DNA of 64,000 nt from an uncultured Streptococcus sp. (lineage in GTDB: Bacteria > Bacillota > Bacilli > Lactobacillales > Streptococcaceae). The DNA lies in contig CAURMD010000001.1 of NCBI GenBank assembly GCA_963525985.1, positions 11,919-75,918 of the forward strand, in the 5' to 3' direction. How positions within the stretch are numbered: position 1 is the first letter of the stretch; every line of letters begins with the position of its first letter. Below the pieces are notes generated by a model. The model saw only the letters and a list, made by a program, of their open reading frames with translations. It did no database searches and was not told the origin of the DNA. A program made the position numbers and the translations under genes. Positions 37,136-44,921 of this stretch are shown here, piece after piece.

Positions 37136-37621
37136 ATGGGTTGTAACAAACGTAGAGTTAATACAACCAATTTGGCTCGAATTGATGGTGGCGACCTTAT
37201 TAAACAAGGGGATTTGTCTTCTACTTTTGGATTCGAATTGTTAGACGAGAATTACCGTGTTATGACCTCGTTTGAGGGTCAAGATGCGGTTGTTACTCTA
37301 ACAAAGGGACAACGCAGATGGAAGACAACTGCTCCCGTCACTAGCCATTCTGTCAATTTTAATTTAGATAGTATTCTACCAAGCGGAAAATACCGAGTGG
37401 AAATCTCGGTTGGAGGGTATATCTTCCCAAGCGATAGAGATACTTATATTGAAATTGAAGACTCAGATAAAGAATTGGTTACGGAAGATGTCTATACTTT
37501 GAAGGAACTAGACATCGAGAAAGAAGTAAAAAAACAGCTTGCAGAAAGGCCTGCAAGCGAAGGTGGAGTATGTCCGGAATTTCCCGATCTACTCTTCTTT
37601 TATAATATTGGAAAGGTATGA
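37136..37621 (+). CDS. Phage structural/hypothetical protein
   Basis: IKQGD, YIFPSD motifs. Confidence 0.65.
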   Translation: MGCNKRRVNTTNLARIDGGDLIKQGDLSSTFGFELLDENYRVMTSFEGQDAVVTLTKGQRRWKTTAPVTSHSVNFNLDSILPSGKYRVEISVGGYIFPSDRDTYIEIEDSDKELVTEDVYTLKELDIEKEVKKQLAERPASEGGVCPEFPDLLFFYNIGKV

Positions 37622-37959
37622 AAACAATGGACACAACAAAATTAACAGCATTCGCACAAGCAGTCGGATCAGATATCAAGGAAGTGAAGCAAAGCGTCAG
37701 CACTAAAGTAGAAACTTCAGCAATGACGCAAGCTATCTCACAGGCAGTTACTCAAGCTAAATCCGAGGTTAAAGCTGAAATCTTGGGTGAGGGAACGCCT
37801 GAAAATCTGGATACGCTGAAAGAAATTGCTGAAAAAATCACGAGCATGGGGCAAGACGAAAACGGCGCACTTTTGGGCAAAGTAACAGAAGTTAGCGGAC
37901 GTGTAGACCAGATTGCCAATGTTGACTTGGTCGCAATCTACAACGCAGCGAAAGCGTGA
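37618..37959 (+). CDS. Phage fibre-like protein
   Basis: FAQAVG.DIK; PE.LDTLKEIA. Confidence 0.7.
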   Translation: MKTMDTTKLTAFAQAVGSDIKEVKQSVSTKVETSAMTQAISQAVTQAKSEVKAEILGEGTPENLDTLKEIAEKITSMGQDENGALLGKVTEVSGRVDQIANVDLVAIYNAAKA

Positions 37960-38720
37960 TAGACATGAGCAATTTAGAGGAATTTGCCCAAGCGGTCGGT
38001 CGTGACGTCAAGGCGCTGAGCCAAAAGCCTGAGCCAAGGCTGACACTGACAGGAATTACCCTTGGCATCGTTGGAGGCAATCATGTCACCCTACCGTTAC
38101 CAGACAATGTAGGGCAAGAAATCCGTGGTACTGGCTCACCAGAAGGGCGTATAAGTGCAGAAATAGGAGCGACTTACATCGACACAGCTAAAACTAACGG
38201 AGCTTTAAAATGGATTAAGACTACTGATGATGGAAATCAAGGTTGGAAAGTCATTCATGGTGACACTGGTTGGGTGTTAGGTTGGCAGAAGGATAGAGGT
38301 GATAATAAAAACCGAATGTATTTCAGACGTAAAAATGATGTTGTGCATGTTAAATTCGAACCTAAAATTAGTGATAGTGTTACGACTCCTGAAGTTAATT
38401 TAATATTAGATAATGGAGGTGTTAGTTGGGCGGATACCCTATCTATTCAAGGTTTCCAACCTGTTGATGATATACTTCAGACTATATTTAAAAAAACTAT
38501 AGATGTTTATAGTGAAGTATATGCAGCTGAAAATTCAGAAGATGTACAAGGAACGGGAGCTGTGATTCTTCGCTTCTTGTATAATAGTGATAATTTAAAA
38601 ACTGGATTGGAGTTACTGATTGCAACTAGTAGCTTAGGTGCAGCAGACAATCACGTCAACCCATTCTCTTATTTAACAGAAGATGAGTGGCCAACAACAT
38701 TACCAACTATAGGAGGATAA
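37956..38720 (+). CDS. Putative receptor-binding/fibre protein
   Basis: FAQAVG.DVK; G.GSPEG.I.A..G..Y.D; GDTGW; SYLT.D.WPTTLP end. Confidence 0.65.
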   Translation: MIDMSNLEEFAQAVGRDVKALSQKPEPRLTLTGITLGIVGGNHVTLPLPDNVGQEIRGTGSPEGRISAEIGATYIDTAKTNGALKWIKTTDDGNQGWKVIHGDTGWVLGWQKDRGDNKNRMYFRRKNDVVHVKFEPKISDSVTTPEVNLILDNGGVSWADTLSIQGFQPVDDILQTIFKKTIDVYSEVYAAENSEDVQGTGAVILRFLYNSDNLKTGLELLIATSSLGAADNHVNPFSYLTEDEWPTTLPTIGG

Positions 38721-38724
38721 AAAT

Positions 38725-38982
38725 ATGATTAACTGGAAACTACGATTACAAAATAAATACTTTTGGCTGACTGCCATTCCAGCCTTCTTGCTTGTCTTGC
38801 AAGCAAGTGTAGCAGTCTTTGGATACCATCTGGATTTAGGTGATATCGGCAACAAGCTGATTCTGCTTGTTAATGCGGTATTCGTGTTCTTGACTGCTAT
38901 CGGTTTGGTCAATGACCCAACCACAAGCGGAATCACAGACAGTGCACGAGCGTTAGAATACAAGAAACCAAGTGAGGAATAG
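38725..38982 (+). CDS. Holin (phiLC3 family)
   Basis: MINWKLR.QNK.FW; DPTT.G..DS..AL.Y. Confidence 0.93.
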   Translation: MINWKLRLQNKYFWLTAIPAFLLVLQASVAVFGYHLDLGDIGNKLILLVNAVFVFLTAIGLVNDPTTSGITDSARALEYKKPSEE

Positions 38983-38984
38983 GT

Positions 38985-39941
38985 ATGGATATCGATACAA
39001 GCAGACTACGTACAGACTTGCCGATTGTTGGGTTTGAGCCTTTCCGTCAAGTACACGCTCACTCAACAGGCAACCGAAACTCAACTGCTCAAAATGAGGC
39101 GGACTACCACTATAGAAAGGACCCTGGACTTGGGTTCTTTTCTCATGTCGTTGGGAATGGTCGTGTCATGCAGGTAGGTCCTGTAAACAAGGGAATGTGG
39201 GACGTTGGGGGCGGTTGGAATGCTGAGACCTATGCAGCAGTTGAATTGATTGAAAGCCATTCAACTAAAGAAGAGTTCATGACGGACTACCGTCTGTATA
39301 TCGAATTGCTTCGAAATCTAGCTGATGAAGCAGGTTTGCCGAAAACTCTTGATACAGACGACTTGGCAGGTATCAAAACGCATGAATACTGTACCAATAA
39401 CCAGCCGGATAACAGTAGCGACCACGTTGACCCGTATCCTTATCTTGCGAAATGGGGCGTTAGCCGTGAACAGTTTAAGCGAGATATTGAGAACGGCCTA
39501 GGCGCTGAAACAGGCTGGCAGAAGAATGACACAGGCTATTGGTATGTACACTCAGGCGGCTCTTATCCAAAAGACAAGTTTGAGAAGATTGACGGCACCT
39601 GGTACTACTTCGACGGTTCAGGCTACATGCTTGCAGACCGCTGGAAGAAGCACACAGACGGCAACTGGTACTGGTTTGACCAATCAGGCGAGATGGCCAC
39701 AGGCTGGAAGAAAATCGCTGAGAAGTGGTACTATTTCGACGTAGAAGGTGCCATGAAGACGGGCTGGGTCAAATACAAGGACACATGGTACTACCTAGAC
39801 GGTAAAGAAGGTGCCATGGTATCTAACGCCTTTATCCAATCAGCAGACGGCACAGGCTGGTACTACATTAAACAAGACGGAACAATGGCAGATAAGCCAG
39901 AGTTCACAGTAGAGCCAGAAGGCTTGATTACTACGAAATAA
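38985..39941 (+). CDS. LytA-like N-acetylmuramoyl-L-alanine amidase endolysin with choline-binding repeats
   Basis: HAHSTGN, VELIES, DHVDP; WYYF..G.M.TGW repeats. Confidence 0.97.
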   Translation: MDIDTSRLRTDLPIVGFEPFRQVHAHSTGNRNSTAQNEADYHYRKDPGLGFFSHVVGNGRVMQVGPVNKGMWDVGGGWNAETYAAVELIESHSTKEEFMTDYRLYIELLRNLADEAGLPKTLDTDDLAGIKTHEYCTNNQPDNSSDHVDPYPYLAKWGVSREQFKRDIENGLGAETGWQKNDTGYWYVHSGGSYPKDKFEKIDGTWYYFDGSGYMLADRWKKHTDGNWYWFDQSGEMATGWKKIAEKWYYFDVEGAMKTGWVKYKDTWYYLDGKEGAMVSNAFIQSADGTGWYYIKQDGTMADKPEFTVEPEGLITTK

Positions 39942-39985
39942 TCTTAAAAATAAATAGAAAGGAAATTTTCTAAAATGTTCTTTTT

Positions 39986-40013
39986 ACCGCAGGCTCAGGC
40001 TTGCGGTTTTTTT
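39986..40013 (+). terminator. Lysis operon terminator
   Basis: ACCGCAGG/CTTGCGGT plus T-run. Confidence 0.85.
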
Positions 40014-40044
40014 GTTTGACAAAATTCAAAAAATGTGCAAAAAT

Positions 40045-40183
40045 AAGTAGAATTGAAAACAGGAAAAATCTACCTCCTTTCGATTCGCCCAGCCTTTTCT
40101 TGAGGCAATGAGGGGGCGGAGAGACGCGCTCGTCAACAGAAGTATCTCATTGGAAATGTTGCTCACTTTTTAGTGAGCTTTTT
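40045..40183 (+). ncRNA. Candidate RNA antitoxin with terminator
   Basis: Follows TTGACA at 40016; pseudoknot-forming stems; GCTCAC/GTGAGC-T5 terminator just before the toxin SD. Confidence 0.55.
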
Positions 40184-40198
40184 ATCTAAGGAATAGGA

Positions 40199-40714
40199 AT
40201 GAAAAGTAAGAAGTTAAAATTAGGTCAAATTGATTTAGAAATGTGCAAGGATTACGACCTTATTCAAGCGATGGACTATGACTTTAAGACGAAGGAAGTA
40301 ATGAATAAAGGAAGGGGATTTGCGGTAACTGTTGTCAAAATACAGGGGCTAACATTCTTGATTCCATTTAGAAGTTACATTCCTAAAAAGTATCAGTTGA
40401 AGTATAAGCTTAGAAATTCGGCAAAAGAAGGATATGTTGAAGGATTAGATATTGGTAAAACATTGATTTTAGAAGATGAAAGTTATTTACTGAATACGAC
40501 TTTCCGCCTTCGGAAAATCGAAGATTATTATAAAGTAATGGACAATGATAGAGCTATTATTAATAAGTTGGTAAAAGCTATTATAGACTATAATCACGCT
40601 TTGGAAATAGATGATAGAAACAAACTTGAAGATCCTAAACGTTTTAAATTCTCAACATTTCAGAATTATTCTACTAGATTAAAAGTAATTACAGAAAAAG
40701 ACTATTTAGAATAG
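40199..40714 (+). CDS. Type III toxin-like endoribonuclease (TenpN/ToxN/AbiQ-like)
   Basis: Motif order K.R, F.IP.RS.I, GLD..K.LI, ST.Q.Y recalled from TenpN-family toxins; low GC. Confidence 0.72.
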   Translation: MKSKKLKLGQIDLEMCKDYDLIQAMDYDFKTKEVMNKGRGFAVTVVKIQGLTFLIPFRSYIPKKYQLKYKLRNSAKEGYVEGLDIGKTLILEDESYLLNTTFRLRKIEDYYKVMDNDRAIINKLVKAIIDYNHALEIDDRNKLEDPKRFKFSTFQNYSTRLKVITEKDYLE

Positions 40715-40723
40715 CTGATGTTT

Positions 40724-40752
40724 CCGCAGGTCGTTTGGCTTGCGGTTTTTTT
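40724..40752 (+). terminator. Terminator resembling the one at 39986
   Basis: CCGCAGG...GGCTTGCGG plus T-run. Confidence 0.8.
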
Positions 40753-40883
40753 ATTTGTCTGAAATTGACTTGTTGATATCAACAAATAGCTTTATAAAGC
40801 GCTTGGTTGCCAATTTTGTTAACGTCAACAAAATCGCTCTGAAAGTACTTTCTAAAATAAAAAAAGATTAAATTTCTTTGTGT

Positions 40884-40917
40884 TTTTGTTGACATACGTC
40901 AACAAAAGGTGTATAAT
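40884..40917 (+). promoter_or_regulatory. Consensus promoter with palindromic operator over -35
   Basis: TTTTGTTGAC-ATAC-GTCAACAAAA; TTGACA(40889)-17-TATAAT(40912). Confidence 0.88.
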
Positions 40918-40951
40918 TAAGACATAAAGATAAGGAAAGAGGAAATCAAAA

Positions 40952-41347
40952 ATGAAAAAAGTAGCTTACGACAAATCAGGAGTCATGAAAGAAGCTTGGA
41001 ACTTGTTTAACAATGATGACATCACTCTTGCAGATTTTGAACATCTTGGATGGATGGAATGGAAAAGCGAAAAAACATTTGCTCTTTGCTTAAAAGAAGC
41101 TTGGGGCCGTGAAAAAGAAGTTGTTGAACGTGTTAACCAAAAATACGCTGAAGCTGAAACATCTGAAGAAGTGAAAGCTTGGGATTGGGCTTGCAAAAAA
41201 GTGGGTGTTGCATTCGAAATGGACGCTTACACAAAAATGACAAATGTTGAAAACATGGAAAAAGAAGCTTGGCCAGGAACTAGTGTATGGTCACTAGCTA
41301 TGCGTGCAGTAAAACTTCATATGGAACTTTTCGGGCAAAAAGCCTAA
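40952..41347 (+). CDS. acrIIA3: AcrIIA3-like anti-CRISPR protein
   Basis: Motifs recalled from AcrIIA3: K..(I/V)MK.AW..F, KTF..CLK.AW, SEE.KAW.WA..K, SVW..AM.AVKLH..LF. Confidence 0.8.
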   Translation: MKKVAYDKSGVMKEAWNLFNNDDITLADFEHLGWMEWKSEKTFALCLKEAWGREKEVVERVNQKYAEAETSEEVKAWDWACKKVGVAFEMDAYTKMTNVENMEKEAWPGTSVWSLAMRAVKLHMELFGQKA

Positions 41348-41362
41348 AATTTTTAACCCATC

Positions 41363-41393
41363 TGTTGACATAAGTCAACAATAATGCTATAAT
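41363..41393 (+). promoter_or_regulatory. Second consensus promoter with the same operator
   Basis: TGTTGAC-ATAA-GTCAACA; TTGACA(41365)-17-TATAAT(41388). Confidence 0.88.
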
Positions 41394-41425
41394 ATAATCA
41401 AGATGAAGAAAGAAGGAAAAACAAA

Positions 41426-41677
41426 ATGAACACATATAAAGAACAACTTCAAGAACTTCAACAATTTGCATTTGATATCATCAAAGAATATCCAATTGAC
41501 AAAGAAGCAGCGAACGTACTAGCTGAACTTGCTAATGCAAATAATCAAGATCGTATCAAATTTTTCGAGTTGAACAAGGACGAAGATACAAGAAAAGTAT
41601 TTCACGCTTTGGCATCAAGCGGTTCAGTTGCTCAATGGCTTGAAGATTATGCTTTAGTAGCATACATCAACGATTAA
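41426..41677 (+). CDS. Small acidic protein, candidate anti-defence/Acr
   Basis: 83 aa, D/E-rich, own promoter, between acrIIA3-like and HTH genes. Confidence 0.75.
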   Translation: MNTYKEQLQELQQFAFDIIKEYPIDKEAANVLAELANANNQDRIKFFELNKDEDTRKVFHALASSGSVAQWLEDYALVAYIND

Positions 41678-41688
41678 GAGGTAACTAG

Positions 41689-41874
41689 ATGAAAATCGAC
41701 ACGAAGAAGGTAGAGATGGTCTTGATGGACGAGACCATCCCTGCCAATCTCTTTGAAAAAGAGTTAGGCATTTCACGTTCAGCAGTCACTAGATTGCGAA
41801 AAGGAGAGCGCGAGTTTAAAAATTTCACAATCGATACTGCTGAAAAAATTCAAAGATGGATTGACAAGAAATGA
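41689..41874 (+). CDS. Small HTH protein, candidate Aca repressor
   Basis: KELGISRSAVTRLRKGER.F.N.TI.TA.K HTH. Confidence 0.8.
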   Translation: MKIDTKKVEMVLMDETIPANLFEKELGISRSAVTRLRKGEREFKNFTIDTAEKIQRWIDKK

Positions 41875-42479
41875 AGCTTGATTTGACAGGGAATAAATAC
41901 GGTCGTCTGACCGTCCTTGGCGACGACGGAACAAGAACAAAAAGTAGCAAGGTGTTGTGGCATTGTCTTTGTGAATGTAGCAATACAACCTATGTACGTG
42001 CTGACCATTTAAAAAATGGCTCAGTTGTCTCTTGTGGTTGTATGAGCGAAGAGAAAAAGCATGAACGCTTTAAGGATTTAACGAATACTGAAACGGATAA
42101 TTTTAAAGTAATTGATAGAGCACACTCAAAAAATCAACGTGTCTACTGGAATTGCATTTGCAAGCATTGCGGGAATCACATCGAGTTGCAAAGCAATCAG
42201 ATAGAGCGATATTCAAGCTGTGGTTGCAAGCAAAATCGCAGTACAAAAGAGCGAATGGCTGAGATATCTGATCCGAAATCACTAAGAACCAACAAGCCTA
42301 CTGCCAAAAGCACAACAGGCGTTCGAGGGGTATATTACAACAAGCGTAAAAATAGATACGTTGTATATATCAACGTTGATAAAAAAACAAAATATTTAGG
42401 TAGTAGCGTCTATCTGGAAGAAGCTACGAAAATGCGCCGTGAAGCAGAAATCGAATATGGATATAAACAGGAACCGTGA
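41871..42479 (+). CDS. AP2-domain DNA-binding protein with two Cys-rich repeats
   Basis: DLTG.KYGRLTV, W.C.C.C, SCGC x2; TGVRGVY...Y.V.I....K.KYLG....EEA...R..AE. Confidence 0.85.
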   Translation: MKLDLTGNKYGRLTVLGDDGTRTKSSKVLWHCLCECSNTTYVRADHLKNGSVVSCGCMSEEKKHERFKDLTNTETDNFKVIDRAHSKNQRVYWNCICKHCGNHIELQSNQIERYSSCGCKQNRSTKERMAEISDPKSLRTNKPTAKSTTGVRGVYYNKRKNRYVVYINVDKKTKYLGSSVYLEEATKMRREAEIEYGYKQEP

Positions 42480-42497
42480 CAATCATCACGGTTTTCT
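42472..42497 (+). terminator. Terminator of accessory operon
   Basis: AACCGTGA/TCACGGTT-TT. Confidence 0.7.
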
Positions 42498-42843
42498 ATT
42501 TTGCAAAAACACGCATTTTGAACGATTAGAAAGCAAAATCACAATCCTATTGTTCAAAAAAGCGTTTTCTTGAAGAATAGGAAGGGGAATCGTGGTGTAT
42601 TATTGTCAAAAACGCCATTTTGTTAACAATGCCTTCCCTTTCTTTTTTGATTATTGTCAAAAACGGTGTTTTGTTAAAATTAATATTTTTGATGAAGATT
42701 TTTTGAAATATAAATAGAAAATTGTGGTATAATGCAAGTAGATTTCAATACAGGGTTGAGCCGTGATTTTAGCCAATTTTGAAAAAGAGAGTTACAAAAG
42801 GAGTCACAAAAACTGCTATAATTTGATTTAATAGGTTTTTTAA

Positions 42844-42860
42844 GACTCCCACCGGCTCCA
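42844..42860 (+). other. attR core (displaced tmRNA 3' end)
   Basis: GACTCCCACCGGCTCCA matches the recalled streptococcal ssrA 3' half; repeat GAGTYACAAAA x2 at 42788-42811 may be arm sites. Confidence 0.8.
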
Positions 42861-43022
42861 TTATTCCTTTGCATTCTTTTGCATTCCTTGGTAAAACGTT
42901 GTTAAATCAACGTTTTTTGTTTTTTTCTTTGGTATTCTTTTGCAAAAAAAGAATACAACATTTTGTTGTATCCTAAATATTAAATCAAGTCCTGAATTTT
43001 CTTAAGTTTTTATCATATTTTC

Positions 43023-43180
43023 TGTTATAATTAAGGTTCCTTAAGAAAAATAATGAAAAACTAAATGTTTTTCATATAGTTTTCATTTTTGTGTTATAAT
43101 TAAGGTGCCTTAAGAAAAATATTAAGGTGCCTTAAGAAAAATAATGAAAAAACTAAATGTTTTTCATATAGTTTTCATTG
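43023..43180. repeat. Duplicated promoter/operator block upstream of mntH
   Basis: TTAAGG-NN-CCTTAA x3 (43031, 43100, 43122); ~55-bp block repeated twice. Confidence 0.75.
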
Positions 43181-43259
43181 TTTTAATAGTTTAAAGTCAA
43201 TCTTATTTTTCTCTAATAGAAAATAATGAAAAAGTAGGTTTAGAAAGAGGTAAGTATCT

Positions 43260-44594
43260 ATGTCTTCTCATAAAAAAGTGTCACTCTCTGAGATTAATCA
43301 ATCTATCGATACTCCAAATAACAATCATTTCTGGCAAAATTTAAATGCCTTTTTAGGTCCGGGTGCTCTTGTCGCAGTTGGTTATATGGATCCAGGAAAC
43401 TGGATTACCAGTGTAGTCGGTGGTGCTTCCTATAAGTATAGTCTCTTGTTTGTTATCTTGATTTCATCTCTCATTGCCATGCAACTTCAGCAGATGGCAG
43501 GAAAGCTTGGTATTGTAACCCAGATGGACCTGGCTCAAGCAACGGCTCATCATTCACCTAAATGGCTTCGTTATAGTCTATGGGTGATTTTAGAATTAGC
43601 CTTGATGGCGACAGATCTGGCAGAAGTTCTAGGTTCAGCGATTGCTCTCAATCTTCTCTTTAAGATTCCGATTATGATAGCAATTCTCTTGACCGTGTTG
43701 GATGTTTTTCTCTTATTGCTTCTGATGAAATTTGGCTTTAAGAAGATTGAAGCTATTGTGACAACACTGATTTTAACCATTCTAGCAATTTTTACCTATC
43801 TGGTAGCTTTGTCACATCCAAGCTTCCAAGGAATCGTTGAGGGTTATCTACCGAATGCAACCTTATTTGAAAGTCCCTTGCCAGGGCATGAAAGTCAATT
43901 AACCTTGGCACTAGGGATCGTGGGAGCAACGGTTATGCCCCATAACCTCTATTTGCATTCTTCCTTGTCACAAACTCGGAAAATCAATCACAAGGACAAG
44001 AATGATGTTCGAAAAGCCGTGCGCTTTATGACCTGGGATTCAAATCTCCAATTATCCTTGGCCTTTGTGGTTAACTCCCTTCTATTAATTCTCGGGGCGG
44101 CTCTCTTTTTCGGCCATGCATCTGAGATTTCTGCCTTCTCTCAAATGTATAATGCCTTGCAGGATTCTACTATTGCAGGAGCTATAGCTAGCTCGACCTT
44201 ATCAACCTTGTTTGCCTTGGCTTTATTAGCCAGTGGTCAAAATTCGACAATTACGGGTACCTTGACTGGACAAATCGTTATGGAAGGTTTCTTGCATATG
44301 AGATTACCTCAATGGTTCATTCGTTTGGCAACTCGTCTCTTTGCCTTGTTGCCTGTCATGATTGTAGCGGTTCTGTTTGGTCATCAGGAAAAAACATTAG
44401 ATCAGTTATTGGTTTATTCACAAGTCTTTCTTTCGATTGCTCTTCCATTTTCAATCTTCCCACTGATTTATCTAACTTCTAAGAAATCACTGATGGGAGA
44501 ATTTACCAATGCCAAATGGAATACCATCCTTGGCTATATCGTTTCCATTATCTTAACAATTCTCAATGTGAAATTGTTATTTGATATTTTCTAA
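43260..44594 (+). CDS. mntH: NRAMP-family Mn2+ transporter
   Basis: GYMDPGN, GATVMPHNLYLHS, GQ.STITGT..GQ. Confidence 0.95.
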   Translation: MSSHKKVSLSEINQSIDTPNNNHFWQNLNAFLGPGALVAVGYMDPGNWITSVVGGASYKYSLLFVILISSLIAMQLQQMAGKLGIVTQMDLAQATAHHSPKWLRYSLWVILELALMATDLAEVLGSAIALNLLFKIPIMIAILLTVLDVFLLLLLMKFGFKKIEAIVTTLILTILAIFTYLVALSHPSFQGIVEGYLPNATLFESPLPGHESQLTLALGIVGATVMPHNLYLHSSLSQTRKINHKDKNDVRKAVRFMTWDSNLQLSLAFVVNSLLLILGAALFFGHASEISAFSQMYNALQDSTIAGAIASSTLSTLFALALLASGQNSTITGTLTGQIVMEGFLHMRLPQWFIRLATRLFALLPVMIVAVLFGHQEKTLDQLLVYSQVFLSIALPFSIFPLIYLTSKKSLMGEFTNAKWNTILGYIVSIILTILNVKLLFDIF

Positions 44595-44672
44595 GAAATT
44601 CACCCGAGTTATAAAACAAGCATATAAGAAAAAAGATACCCAAGATTTCTTGGGTATCTTTTTTAAAATAAA

Positions 44673-44760
44673 CGGAAGACATGGGATTCGAACCCACGCA
44701 CGCTGTTACACGCCTACCGCGTTTCCAACACGGCCTCTTAAGCCTCTTGAGTAATCTTCC
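44673..44760 (-). tRNA. tRNA-Ser(GGA)
   Basis: Cloverleaf with long variable arm; anticodon arm CCGTG-TT-GGA-AA-CGCGG. Confidence 0.95.
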
Positions 44761-44921
44761 AATACTTACTCAAATAGTCTACCATAAAGGCCCTTATCTT
44801 GCAATAAAAATTCTAGAAATAAGGAAAATGATAGATTTTGAAAGAAAATGATAAAAAATGCTTGACTTTTAAATAAAGTGTGATAGAATGAATAGTGTAA
44901 ACGATAACAGGAGGTGATTCG

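Larger units (their letters stand above)
1..42860. mobile_element. Temperate prophage (contractile tail, EJ-1/PBSX-like) integrated at the ssrA/tmRNA 3' end; left end outside window
   Basis: Ordered integrase-repressor-recombination-terminase-portal-capsid-sheath/tube-baseplate-holin-lysin modules, ending at a tmRNA 3'-end fragment. Confidence 0.95.

Noticed and set aside
34215..38720. Diversity-generating retroelement or invertase-driven fibre switching
   Set aside because: No reverse transcriptase, TR/VR pair or invertase found
40715..41425. Solitary CRISPR repeat (RNA anti-CRISPR) in the acr-like locus
   Set aside because: No sequence resembling a type II-A repeat (GTTTTAGAGC...AAAAC) visible by eye
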